Positions 22,299 through 31,016 of a stretch of 64,000 bases of DNA are shown in pieces. The stretch's first letter is position 1. The number at the start of each line of letters is the position of its first letter. A model generated the notes under the pieces. It saw only the letters and a list, made by a program, of their open reading frames with translations, searched no databases and had not been told where the DNA came from. Source of the stretch: Candidatus Zestomicrobium tamdykulense (GTDB lineage Archaea > Thermoproteota > Thermoprotei_A > Sulfolobales > NBVN01). The translations under genes and the position numbers were made by a program. The stretch covers positions 21,358-85,357 of the forward strand of contig JAVVFV010000005.1 in NCBI GenBank assembly GCA_039889305.1. The letters are read 5' to 3'.

Positions 22299-23299
22299 GT
22301 GGAGAGGTTTAGTTATAGACATGCACTTTCTAAAAGAGCTCTGAGGCTATATGAAGATTACGCAGAAGTTAGGGCTTGGTTTGATGAGCTAAAGGTTTTG
22401 AGAAGTGGGAGAACAGCCCATGACTATTTGGATATGCTTGCGGGTTTTGTTGAAAGTTCTGGAAAATATCCTAAAGATTTAGTTAGGCTATCTTCCAACG
22501 AAGTATATGAAGTTTTGAGGAGATGGGCTTTATCTGAGCTTCGCAAAGGTTCCTACACCACTGGAAGACTTTACGTTTTGTGGAATGCTGTCAAAAACTT
22601 CTTAAAATTTCATGGAATTGAAGTGAAAAATAAACCGCCTTTTAAGAGAACTGTAAAATACCTGGACAAGATCCCAACGAAAGAAGAGTTAAGGCAAATT
22701 TTAAATGCGGCTTCAAGCCTTTCAACAAAAATCGCTATTGAGTTGATGTGTTATGGAGGGTTGAGACCAGAGGATATTTGTGATTTAACCTACGCAAGCA
22801 TAAAAATGATTTTGAAAAAGGAGTAAGTCCATGTGCAGTATTTGTTCCGCAGACAAAAAGCGACAGCGTCTACGTCACTTTCATACCAGAAACAACCGTT
22901 GAGCTTATTCACCAATATTTTAAGTTTAGGGAAAGCAAGAGAGAAAAAATAGTTGCTAAAAGCCCTATAATAGCTAACCCAAGATATCAAGGAAAAGGAA
23001 TTAGGAGAAAAACACTAACAGCAAAGATAGAAAGTGCTATTTCTAAAAGCGGAATTCAATCGCAGTTAACCCTTGGAAATAAGGTTCAGAGAATTAGACC
23101 CTACAGTTTGAGGAAATATTTCAGAAGCAACTTAACGGGACACGCTCCAAGCGAGTACATTGAGGCTTGGCTCGGCCACACCTCCGGATTGGAGCACGTT
23201 TACAGCGGAACAAGAGATTTAGACCCCTCCACAATTGAAAGAATGCGTGAAGTTTACAAAAGGTGCGAACCTTTCCTTTGGCCACAGCCCAACCATTAG
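22299..23299 (+). pseudogene. Tyrosine recombinase/integrase, interrupted by a single -1 frameshift near 22800-22822
   Basis: The N-terminal ORF (22299-22826) ends after the Arg-box YGGLRPEDICDL. The continuation is open in the -1 frame from 22784 and carries LRKYFRS, AWLGH and catalytic ..HVYSG. The shift lies in the A-runs ATAAAAATGATTTTGAAAAAGG. Confidence 0.8.
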
Positions 23300-24474
23300 A
23301 CCAAAATTCTCTAGTTACTGAAGCAAAAATAGAAGCCCTAAAAAGCATAGCAAAAAGCCTACTCGGCATAGATTTGCTGGAAGTTAAAATCGCTAAAGAA
23401 AAGGATGTTGGAAGAGAATTAAGCAAGGATGAAGAATTGGAGCTTTACGAGAAGGAGCTGAAAAAGCTCAGGGAAGGAAAACACAACCCACAAAGAATAG
23501 TGCACGAAAAAGAGCTTGAAAAATACTTGGCGGAAGGATGGCAATTCGTAAGTGTACTGCCCTCACGCAAAATCCTAATTAAAAAGCACAATGAATGGGT
23601 AGAAAATAATAAACTCATTTCTTGGGCTGAAAAGTTGGGCATAAAACTAAATGCAAATGGGAAGCTTGATGAAGGGCAGCTGTTTCAATTGTTTGTTCTT
23701 GCCATTTTATGGAATAACAAACCGACTTATAGAGCTGAGATGGGGGAGAAAATATTCAGGGAGATAAAGAGCGAGTATACCCTTGATAACTTTCAAAGAG
23801 CAGCTCAAGATAACAATATGGAAAATAGGATTAGGGAGATCGCAGCTGAGATCATCCGTAATACGCAAGTCTACAAATTGTTAATGTTCATTGCCAATGA
23901 AACACTTAATGGAAAAAACATTTGGACAATGATCAAAGAAATGCTTGAATTCCCCGTTATTGGCAATGAAGAAGATGATCTGAGAAGGTTAAAAGGACTC
24001 TATAAACTCTTTAACCCTCCATGCCATGATCGCAAAGCATTCCTCACTGTGAAAACCTTCATTATTTTTAGGGAAATTCGAATACAGTTTAGAGAAGTTG
24101 GAAAATATCAGTATCACCCGGTGATTTGTTGTGTTCCTGATAGTAATGTAAGAGAAGCACTAAAAGGTCTCGGTATTCTGGGTGATGTTAAAAATGATTT
24201 AAATAGCATGATAATGGCAAGCCGACTAATGGCGGACGCATTTTGCACAGAAGAATACGAGCTATACGATCTTCCTCTATTCTTTTGGCATAAAGAAGAG
24301 GGCAAATACCCTTCAATTGGATTCAGTAGCACGCAGCCAACGAAAGGCAAATATGCTGGAGTTTGCCCAAAATGCAGGTCACCTCTGGTGTGGCGTAGAG
24401 CTAAACGCACAAACGAAATTTACAGGGGCTGCACTAACTTTCCACATTGCAGATGGAACGATAGAAGCTATTAG
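23263..24474 (+). CDS. Hypothetical protein with C-terminal topoisomerase-type C4 zinc finger; central region weakly HhH-GPD-like
   Basis: C-terminus CPKCRSPLVWRRAKRTNEIYRGCTNFPHCRW matches the zf-C4_Topoisom pattern. The central LFQLFVLAILWNNKPTY...CVPDSNVREALKGLGILG is reminiscent of EndoIII-like glycosylases. The start overlaps the integrase 3' end, so the true start is uncertain. Confidence 0.55.
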   Translation: MRTFPLATAQPLDQNSLVTEAKIEALKSIAKSLLGIDLLEVKIAKEKDVGRELSKDEELELYEKELKKLREGKHNPQRIVHEKELEKYLAEGWQFVSVLPSRKILIKKHNEWVENNKLISWAEKLGIKLNANGKLDEGQLFQLFVLAILWNNKPTYRAEMGEKIFREIKSEYTLDNFQRAAQDNNMENRIREIAAEIIRNTQVYKLLMFIANETLNGKNIWTMIKEMLEFPVIGNEEDDLRRLKGLYKLFNPPCHDRKAFLTVKTFIIFREIRIQFREVGKYQYHPVICCVPDSNVREALKGLGILGDVKNDLNSMIMASRLMADAFCTEEYELYDLPLFFWHKEEGKYPSIGFSSTQPTKGKYAGVCPKCRSPLVWRRAKRTNEIYRGCTNFPHCRWNDRSY

Positions 24475-24532
24475 AACGATCTACCTGCAAGTTCATGCTT
24501 CTGTTAGGAGACATAAAAAGAAAATGGATTTT

Positions 24533-25036
24533 CTATACACTTTGCTTGGTCTCCTTTAAAGCTTCGCTGATTTGGCGATGGAAGAAAATAAAGATGATAA
24601 TTGTTGCAGAAGCTGTGTAGCTCGCAACGAGCAGCATGTTCATCATGTTAAATGCACTTAGGACGATATAAGATGCTCCTGCAATGATGGCTGCTCCAAG
24701 GATGGAGTAGATGCTTGCGGTCTTCCAGGCTCCCCATTTACGTGCAAGCTTTAGCCAACTCTTCCATTTCAGAAAGTCTTTTAACCTCAATGGCTCTGAA
24801 AAATCAGTCTCTTCAACCGCCTTGGCCAGTTGCTCATCCATCTCTCGCTTTTGAACAGCCATAACCCTCGGTAACATAGCAATACATGCCATACCTCCCA
24901 CAACGAGAAGAATAAAGGCTAAGAGGGCTTGGCCGAGAAGGGCCAAAGCAAAAACAGAGAGCATAAGAAAACCCACAATAGCCCCTACGTAATGGATCTT
25001 ATCCCGTTTTCGATGAGCCTGCCTAATGGAAAGCAC
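24533..25036 (-). CDS. Four-TM membrane protein, unknown function
   Basis: Two hydrophobic hairpins separated by a charged loop (QKREMDEQLAKAVEETDF). GTG start. Confidence 0.55.
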   Translation of the reverse strand: MLSIRQAHRKRDKIHYVGAIVGFLMLSVFALALLGQALLAFILLVVGGMACIAMLPRVMAVQKREMDEQLAKAVEETDFSEPLRLKDFLKWKSWLKLARKWGAWKTASIYSILGAAIIAGASYIVLSAFNMMNMLLVASYTASATIIIFIFFHRQISEALKETKQSV

Positions 25037-25241
25037 TACTGCAAAGACGCATAGAACAGCCAGAAAGAGAAAGGCGGATCCATTGAATATACGCCATGTT
25101 CTTTACTTCATCTTATCTAACTATTATTGTTTTTATTAGCATTTATGGCTTAGTTTTTGGTATCTTTTTGCAGAACAACATATCCGTTACGGGCAGAGTC
25201 CAGCTAATGCGCAGCTACGTAGCAACCAGGTTCTAGGTCTA

Positions 25242-25640
25242 TCAAGAATGGCGAGTGCGCTTCTCCAGTTTGTCTCCAAGGTAGGCTCCTAGTAAGTAAC
25301 AGGGTAACGCCAAGAATGCTGAGCTATCTGCACTTAAACCGAACACATGCCTTAGGGCAATCACGGAGATCCCCCATAAAAAGAAGCCAATCCAGAAAAT
25401 GCCGCCGAGGATGAAGATAACTCGACGGGTAATCTGCCATCTTCGGGGAGAGGTCCAAACGAAACGTCGGAGAGCGTAAGTTGAACCTACGAGCAACAAC
25501 GCGATGGCTGAGAATTTGACAGCTGTTTGGAGAGGAACATGGCCAGTCATATACCCCACCCACGAAATTATGACACAGAAAGTTAGAGCGATTAGACTGT
25601 AGAACAGAATTCGAGCTTTCCAGTAATTAGGCTTTCCCAT
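25242..25640 (-). CDS. Four-TM membrane protein, unknown function
   Basis: 132 aa with four hydrophobic segments. It lies directly downstream of the Cys-rich paralog. Confidence 0.55.
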   Translation of the reverse strand: MGKPNYWKARILFYSLIALTFCVIISWVGYMTGHVPLQTAVKFSAIALLLVGSTYALRRFVWTSPRRWQITRRVIFILGGIFWIGFFLWGISVIALRHVFGLSADSSAFLALPCYLLGAYLGDKLEKRTRHS

Positions 25641-25752
25641 CTTACCCTCACCTATTGTTTAAGTAAAAAAATAAAAAGGTTATGTGCATGGTTCAGACAT
25701 AGCAACTTAAGCCCACCCTCTCAGAGGTTGCAGTAGCATGTCTAAAAGGTCG

Positions 25753-26526
25753 TTACCCGCCACAACTGAGATAGCACACTATGTCACAAAAGTACCCCCA
25801 ATAGTCCCATCCGTAAGTTAACAGGTATAAACAAGCTACCAATAAACCACCGTAAGTTACAACGCCGCCAGCAAGGCATGCCGCTACTATCAACCCATAA
25901 GCACCCCAACAAGCGATATGACAGAAAAGATTACACCAGAAGTCGTCCATCAAGACTGCGGAGCTTTTGAGGATTTCTCTATCATATTCTTGTAGTTGTT
26001 TTCCTACCAGCCTAGACAGATATTTGGCTTCTTTCTCCATAGTGTAGTAGCCTTCTGCAAGTTGCATCAGCGTTTCGTCTCCGCTCTTCTCGTAGACCTT
26101 ACCTACCTCTTTGGCGACTTTGCCTAAGACGGCGTATAGTTGCGATAAAGTAACGGAAGAATTAAACTCGACAAACTCTAGTGATACGAGTTCAGATTTG
26201 CCTGCTGGCGCATAATTCATTACTGTGAAAGAGTGATTGTAGAATTCTGAGTTTTGTGGCGTAAGCGTTGTTAATAGGGTTAGGTTATATTCACGTTGCA
26301 CTATGTAGCTTAGGCTGTAGAATTGTATGGACGTTTTTTCTGCGGCGATTTCTGTGCAAACGAAGCTGGCTGTTCTGTTAATTTCATCTGTAAGTTCGTT
26401 ATAACTCCAAAGTAAAGTTTGGGTGACTGTCACTTCGTAGGCATCATCATCTACTTCATACGTTATCAGCGTTACTGTTTTGTTTTCGTTCTGTTCTATT
26501 GTTGTGGCTGTGATATTTGATGGCAT
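25753..26526 (-). CDS. Paralog of the sequon-rich domain of 26731-28137, with an 8-Cys hydrophobic C-terminal tail
   Basis: It aligns by eye to aa 200-385 of the larger protein (TVTLITYEVDD..YEVTVTQTLLW, QFYSLSYIV, FNSSVTLSQLY..LGKVAKE). The tail is FWCNLFCHIACWG...FCDIVCYLSCGG. Confidence 0.7.
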   Translation of the reverse strand: MPSNITATTIEQNENKTVTLITYEVDDDAYEVTVTQTLLWSYNELTDEINRTASFVCTEIAAEKTSIQFYSLSYIVQREYNLTLLTTLTPQNSEFYNHSFTVMNYAPAGKSELVSLEFVEFNSSVTLSQLYAVLGKVAKEVGKVYEKSGDETLMQLAEGYYTMEKEAKYLSRLVGKQLQEYDREILKSSAVLMDDFWCNLFCHIACWGAYGLIVAACLAGGVVTYGGLLVACLYLLTYGWDYWGYFCDIVCYLSCGG

Positions 26527-26561
26527 GTTAATGTTTGGGTATACCCAAAGATGTAACTCTA

Positions 26562-26723
26562 TTAAGTTTGTGTCGTTCTCTCTCGTATCAGCATAATTAT
26601 GCCAACAATAGCCATAAGTGCAAACAGAACTAGACCTAATGTTCTTTGGAATATTAGGTTTATCAACGCTCCAGAAATACCGAGGACAACCATAGACAAA
26701 GCAAGCCCTTTTGACTTCTGCAT
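26562..26723 (-). CDS. Small two-TM membrane protein (53 aa; the track ORF extends to 26786)
   Basis: MQKSKGLALSMVVLGISGALINLIF..LGLVLFALMAIVGIIMLI. The internal ATG avoids a 56-nt overlap with the upstream gene. Confidence 0.45.
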   Translation of the reverse strand: MQKSKGLALSMVVLGISGALINLIFQRTLGLVLFALMAIVGIIMLIRERTTQT

Positions 26724-26730
26724 CTGTTGC

Positions 26731-28137
26731 TTACCCCATTGGGCAGTCAATCCAACCCATAAATTCAGCGCACATGCAACAGGCATAGACGTGAGAAGCG
26801 AGACTTATTATACACGCCGAACAAGGTATTGTTATACAACCAATGCACCACCAGATAGTAAATATGGTTGCGCATGCAACAGCACACGCAGCACATGTAG
26901 CGCATAAAGGCACGGATAGATATGTTGTAAGTATCAAGCCTACGCAGAAGAAACAATCCCATATGTTGCCGCCATCTGCCAATAGTACAGAGCACTGGAT
27001 AATTTTTTTGTCATATACTTCGAGTTTTTCTTTTACTATTTTGGACAAGTGCTTAGTTTCGTCTCCTATGATGTAGTAATTTTGTGCAAATTGTCTAAGT
27101 GTTTTATCTTCGCTTTTTCCATAGGCTTTCCCCAACTCCTTGGCAACTTTACCCAACGCGAAATAGAGCTGTGATAAAGTAACTGAAGAATTAAATTCAG
27201 CAAACTCTAATGATATTAATTCAGACTTGTGTGCAGGTACATAGTCAATGATTGTGAATGAACTATTGAATGTTATAGAATTTAATTGCGTGAGCGTTGT
27301 GTGTATGGTTAAGTTGTATTCCTCATGATGAACAATGTAGCTTAGGCTGTAGAATTGTAGGGATATGTCTTCCGCCGCTATCTCTGTTGAGATGAACTTA
27401 GCTGTTCTGTTGGTTTTAGTGCTTGCCTCGTTATAATTCCACAGCAAAGTTTGGGTGACGAGCACCTCATAAGTTGTATCATTGGCTTCGTATGTTACAA
27501 GCGTTACCGTGCGTACTTCATCCTGCTCAAGCGTTGTAACCGCAATGTTTAAGGGTGTATTAGTGCTCGGAAGTTCTTGGTCTTGAGAACAGGATTGACA
27601 AACACAAGATGAGCCACTGGTTTGATATAGAAGTATAGGCTCTATGTTCGCCGATATATGTTTGCCAACAACGTTCACCGTAACATAGTGATAAGTGGTG
27701 TATATTGGGTAGCCTGCTTTTATCCATGCGGTTATTCCGCCGAGCATGTTGTAGACTTTTGTGAAGCCGTTGCTGGCGAGGATTTGGCATGCAATTTGGC
27801 TTCTTGAACCAGCCTTACAGTAAACTATTATTGGATCGTTTATATGCTCTTGCAGTTCGCTTATTCTATCTTCAAGCTCGTAAACTGGTACAAGAACAGC
27901 GTCATATAAATGCCCGAGATTGTATTCGCTCTGGTTTCTAACATCCAAAACAAGGCTTACTGTGCCTTTCTTTATCATTTTGTAAGCTGCATCAACGCTT
28001 ACGTCCTCATAAGCTCCAGCCCAAGACGCTTCAGCAAAAGCCTCAGGCACTGCAACAAAAGCAAGCAACAACACAGCCACAAGACCAACAGCAATCAACC
28101 TCTGACCACGCATCTCCAAAACAGAATAGGCCTTCAC
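26731..28137 (-). CDS. Secreted rhodanese-domain protein fused to a sequon-rich domain and a 15-Cys hydrophobic C-terminal tail
   Basis: Signal peptide RLIAVGLVAVLLLAFVAVPEAFA. Rhodanese region LVLDVRNQSEY..IIVYCKAGSRS..GGITAW. Many N-x-S/T sequons. The tail is CATCAACAVACATIFTIWWCIGCITIPCSACII..ACCMCAEFMGWIDCPMG. Confidence 0.75.
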   Translation of the reverse strand: MKAYSVLEMRGQRLIAVGLVAVLLLAFVAVPEAFAEASWAGAYEDVSVDAAYKMIKKGTVSLVLDVRNQSEYNLGHLYDAVLVPVYELEDRISELQEHINDPIIVYCKAGSRSQIACQILASNGFTKVYNMLGGITAWIKAGYPIYTTYHYVTVNVVGKHISANIEPILLYQTSGSSCVCQSCSQDQELPSTNTPLNIAVTTLEQDEVRTVTLVTYEANDTTYEVLVTQTLLWNYNEASTKTNRTAKFISTEIAAEDISLQFYSLSYIVHHEEYNLTIHTTLTQLNSITFNSSFTIIDYVPAHKSELISLEFAEFNSSVTLSQLYFALGKVAKELGKAYGKSEDKTLRQFAQNYYIIGDETKHLSKIVKEKLEVYDKKIIQCSVLLADGGNIWDCFFCVGLILTTYLSVPLCATCAACAVACATIFTIWWCIGCITIPCSACIISLASHVYACCMCAEFMGWIDCPMG

Positions 28138-28319
28138 CTATATACCTCCCTTAAATTCTGTTTTTTAGTATATAAAACTTTTGCAACTAATAATAAAACT
28201 CAATCCCAAGGCGAAACTTGCAACGTTAAAAATTTGCAATACCGCCTGTTCTGTTAGTAACGTTTAACCGAGAGGTTTAAATATTGCTGTCTTTCTGTTT
28301 TTCTGTTTGGGGGTGTGTT

Positions 28320-28760
28320 ATGGGAACTATAAGAAGTGAATATTCTATCGAGCAGTTTGAGGCTGCCCTGCAACGTTTTGCGCATCAGATTACTGACATG
28401 ATGCAGAGGATAGACAAGATGCACGTTAGTTCAGAAAAGATGGATGTCGACTTAGAATTCAGCTACGGCGTTAAAGGCGAGGTAATGAAGATATACGTGT
28501 CTTTTTACAAGAGGGATAAGCCGGACTCATGGGGAGAGTCGCTATCCTTCACAGTAGAGCCTAAAGACTACGTTGACAGCCCCCACATAACAAAAATCCA
28601 CTATGAAGGGGCAAACGACAAGCAGTACAGCGAGAAAATCCTAACATGGCTTAAAAGCCTCCTAGGCTCAGAAAAGCCTGCAGTATCCTTCTCGTTGAAG
28701 GATTTTTCAAAGAAGGTCAACAGGCGCCTTACAGACTACAAAGCTTTTTCGAAGGGTTAA
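28320..28760 (+). CDS. Hypothetical protein
   Basis: The ORF has protein-like composition and is first of three tightly spaced plus-strand genes. I prefer the start at ATG 28320. Confidence 0.5.
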   Translation: MGTIRSEYSIEQFEAALQRFAHQITDMMQRIDKMHVSSEKMDVDLEFSYGVKGEVMKIYVSFYKRDKPDSWGESLSFTVEPKDYVDSPHITKIHYEGANDKQYSEKILTWLKSLLGSEKPAVSFSLKDFSKKVNRRLTDYKAFSKG

Positions 28761-28762
28761 TC

Positions 28763-29173
28763 ATGGAATCCCTCGTAAGAATGTTTAGGGAATCCCTCTT
28801 CAAAGCATTTTATGATTGGCTTGAGAAGAATAAGACCGTTATAGGCGAGAAATGGTATGTTTATGCCTTCAACGAGGCTAAGAGGGCTGAGGATTTAGCC
28901 GACAACGCAGTAGGCATAATCGGCGCAGCCATGTGGATGTTCAACACGATGGCCAACTGCGGCGTAATGGCAGGTGTAGGCCCAAACGGATACAGCCTAC
29001 AATATCTGGAAAACACGAAAATCGACGAAGCCTCAACAAGAAGGCTCCTAACAATGATTGTGGCTTGCCTAAACCTTCAATACCTGCCCATTGAAGAGGC
29101 CAAAAAGCAAATCCCAATAATTAGCCGTGGCAAGTTTTCTCTGAAGCTTTTTGTTGAGGATAGGAAATCATAA
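28763..29173 (+). CDS. Hypothetical protein
   Basis: The ORF starts 2 nt after the previous stop. I recognise no motif. Confidence 0.5.
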   Translation: MESLVRMFRESLFKAFYDWLEKNKTVIGEKWYVYAFNEAKRAEDLADNAVGIIGAAMWMFNTMANCGVMAGVGPNGYSLQYLENTKIDEASTRRLLTMIVACLNLQYLPIEEAKKQIPIISRGKFSLKLFVEDRKS

Positions 29174-29208
29174 ATACCAGCTTGTGACATTGGGTTTATG
29201 GTGTTGGT

Positions 29209-29397
29209 ATGCCTAAGGGACCTGAATGGCTGACGGTTAGGCTGACTCCTGAGCTGATGGAGAAAATGAACTCTTATCTTCTGGCTGTGGCAAACAGAAT
29301 GGGACGCATACCCCAAGGGTTAAAAACCAGGATAGTGCATGAAGCCCTCGAGGAATGGTTCAAAAACCACGGCAGTGACCTCGAAAGGTTCACATAA
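29209..29397 (+). CDS. Ribbon-helix-helix (CopG/Arc-like) DNA-binding protein
   Basis: LTVRLTPELMEKMNSYL..., a beta-strand followed by two helices in 62 aa. Confidence 0.6.
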   Translation: MPKGPEWLTVRLTPELMEKMNSYLLAVANRMGRIPQGLKTRIVHEALEEWFKNHGSDLERFT

Positions 29398-29444
29398 CTT
29401 TTTCTATTTGGGGTGAAGCCCGTTGCCTAACAAACTCGGCTCAA

Positions 29445-29660
29445 TTATACTTTCCGCCTGTATAGCTCGCATTTCTCCGCAAAGTAGGGTGGAAGCTGGT
29501 CTGGCAGGACAGCGTTTCTGGGACACTTGTAACGTTTAACTATTTGCCCAGTGCTTGAGTCACCGCCCACCGTTTGTTCGAGAAGGCTGCAGCTCCAGCA
29601 TCGCGTCTTCTCTATTGGAACTTTAACTATGGTTTTAACCCTTCCCATGCAACCCCTCAA
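29445..29660 (-). CDS. Small Cys-containing (zinc-binding?) protein
   Basis: CWSC ... KCPRN ... KCELY spacing. It is the last gene of the minus-strand RadA/ParB operon. Confidence 0.4.
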   Translation of the reverse strand: MRGCMGRVKTIVKVPIEKTRCWSCSLLEQTVGGDSSTGQIVKRYKCPRNAVLPDQLPPYFAEKCELYRRKV

Positions 29661-29670
29661 CTTTTACATA

Positions 29671-29829
29671 TTAGGGGTGTGAAACCCGCTTCAGCCCTTC
29701 CTTAATTATTCTGTTGTATTTCTCGATGAGGGCTGAGTAGGCCTCCAAGTCCAAAGCCATCCGCTCAAGCTTCTCAGTGAGGGCCAAAAGCCTCCCATTA
29801 ACGTCCATGGTGTTGGCCCTTTTCAGCAT
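29671..29829 (-). CDS. Small helical ORF (52 aa), below the track cutoff
   Basis: My own translation is MLKRANTMDVNGRLLALTEKLERMALDLEAYSALIEKYNRIIKEGLKRVSHP. It fills the gap between the ParB-like gene and the Zn protein. Confidence 0.3.
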   Translation of the reverse strand: MLKRANTMDVNGRLLALTEKLERMALDLEAYSALIEKYNRIIKEGLKRVSHP

Positions 29830-29945
29830 TTAGGTGTTTTTCAACAGTTTCTACTGTGAGTTTTCCCCTTTCTGTGCGCCAAACTCCAGTTTTGTCTTCC
29901 ATGCCGAAAACGTCGGTTCTAGCGATGAAAATTTGGAAAAGCCTG

Positions 29946-31016
29946 TCAGCCAATGACTGGCTCTTCAAAACCTTTTTCTCCGGCCATTTTTATGGCTTTC
30001 TGGGCTACTTCCTCCCTCTCTTTTTCAGTTAGTTTTTCCCAGAAGACAACGAAGATTGATGCTTTAATGACGTCTTTCAAGTATTTGCCTTTGTATCTTG
30101 TGTATATGTAGTCGATTAGAATCATCGGGTAATGTTCTTTCAACTCCATGACTTTTTTGAAAGGCTCTTCAGGTGGCGCTGTTGCTTTCTCGGCTTCTTC
30201 TACAAGCAGAGGCTTTGGAAGATCAACAATTTTTTCAGCTAACTCTGGTTTTTGAGCCATCGCCTCAATAACCTTTCGAGCTTCTTTTGGCTTGAGTTTT
30301 TCACGTTTAACAACTTTAACGACTTTAACTGTTTTTTCTGGAGGTAAACCTTTCTCGATGGCTGCTTTGGCGAGTTGAGCCTCCCTTGTGGTTAGCTCTT
30401 CCTTCACAATAACCTCAGCTAATGCTTTCTGTTTTTCAGGCTCTATAACTGAGCCGATGATCTCGTAATGGAGGGGTGACAGCGCTGTCATCCCTGCTAA
30501 TAGCGTTTTTGCTTCCGGCGAAACCCTAACCCTACAAAGTATGCGTTCAACTTCTCTGTGGCTTATTCCAAACTTTTCAGCCATCTGGTCTATTCTCATC
30601 TTTTTAACTTCATGCAGATGGCGGAAGTATGCTGCCTCGCGAAGCGGGTCAACCGTTCCCCTCGCCTTGTTCTTCTTATAGTTTATTTCCAGCGCTTCTT
30701 CAGGTGTGCAGTCGGTTATTATGGCTCTTATCTGAGTCCAGCCGAGCTCCCTTGCGGCTCGCCAGCGTGAGTGCCCATCTACTATTTGGTATTTGGCTTG
30801 GCTCCACGGCTGCTTAGCCTTTATTTGGGCTATTTCTTCGGGTGTCAGCCTCCTTAGGAGGATTGGGTCTATCCTGTATAGACCTCTTGACTCCAGCCTT
30901 GTCATGTCTGTGCGCAGCATCATGTCCTCTTCTCTGCCTATGGCTGTGATGTTGCCTGGCAGTGGGATTATCTGCTCGAGGGGTATGTGCTCTATGCGCT
31001 GTTCACTCTGGGACAT
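29946..31016 (-). CDS. ParB/Srx-like N-terminal domain protein with HTH
   Basis: YQIVDGHSRWRAARELGWTQIRAII (ParB box) followed by HTH RIDQMAEKFGISHREVERIL. It overlaps the radA-like stop by 14 nt. Confidence 0.8.
   Translation of the reverse strand: MSQSEQRIEHIPLEQIIPLPGNITAIGREEDMMLRTDMTRLESRGLYRIDPILLRRLTPEEIAQIKAKQPWSQAKYQIVDGHSRWRAARELGWTQIRAIITDCTPEEALEINYKKNKARGTVDPLREAAYFRHLHEVKKMRIDQMAEKFGISHREVERILCRVRVSPEAKTLLAGMTALSPLHYEIIGSVIEPEKQKALAEVIVKEELTTREAQLAKAAIEKGLPPEKTVKVVKVVKREKLKPKEARKVIEAMAQKPELAEKIVDLPKPLLVEEAEKATAPPEEPFKKVMELKEHYPMILIDYIYTRYKGKYLKDVIKASIFVVFWEKLTEKEREEVAQKAIKMAGEKGFEEPVIG

Noticed and set aside
23121-23642. Minus-strand ORFs of 101 and 65 aa opposite the integrase 3' end and the following gene.
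   Set aside because: They are antisense to sequences carrying recognisable integrase catalytic motifs, and they have no features of their own.
26599-27076. Plus-strand ORFs (102 and 77 aa) and a minus-strand alternative-frame ORF overlapping the Cys-rich tail region.
   Set aside because: They are alternative-frame or antisense readings of the Cys-codon-rich segment of 26731-28137. That frame is supported by its paralog and domain structure.
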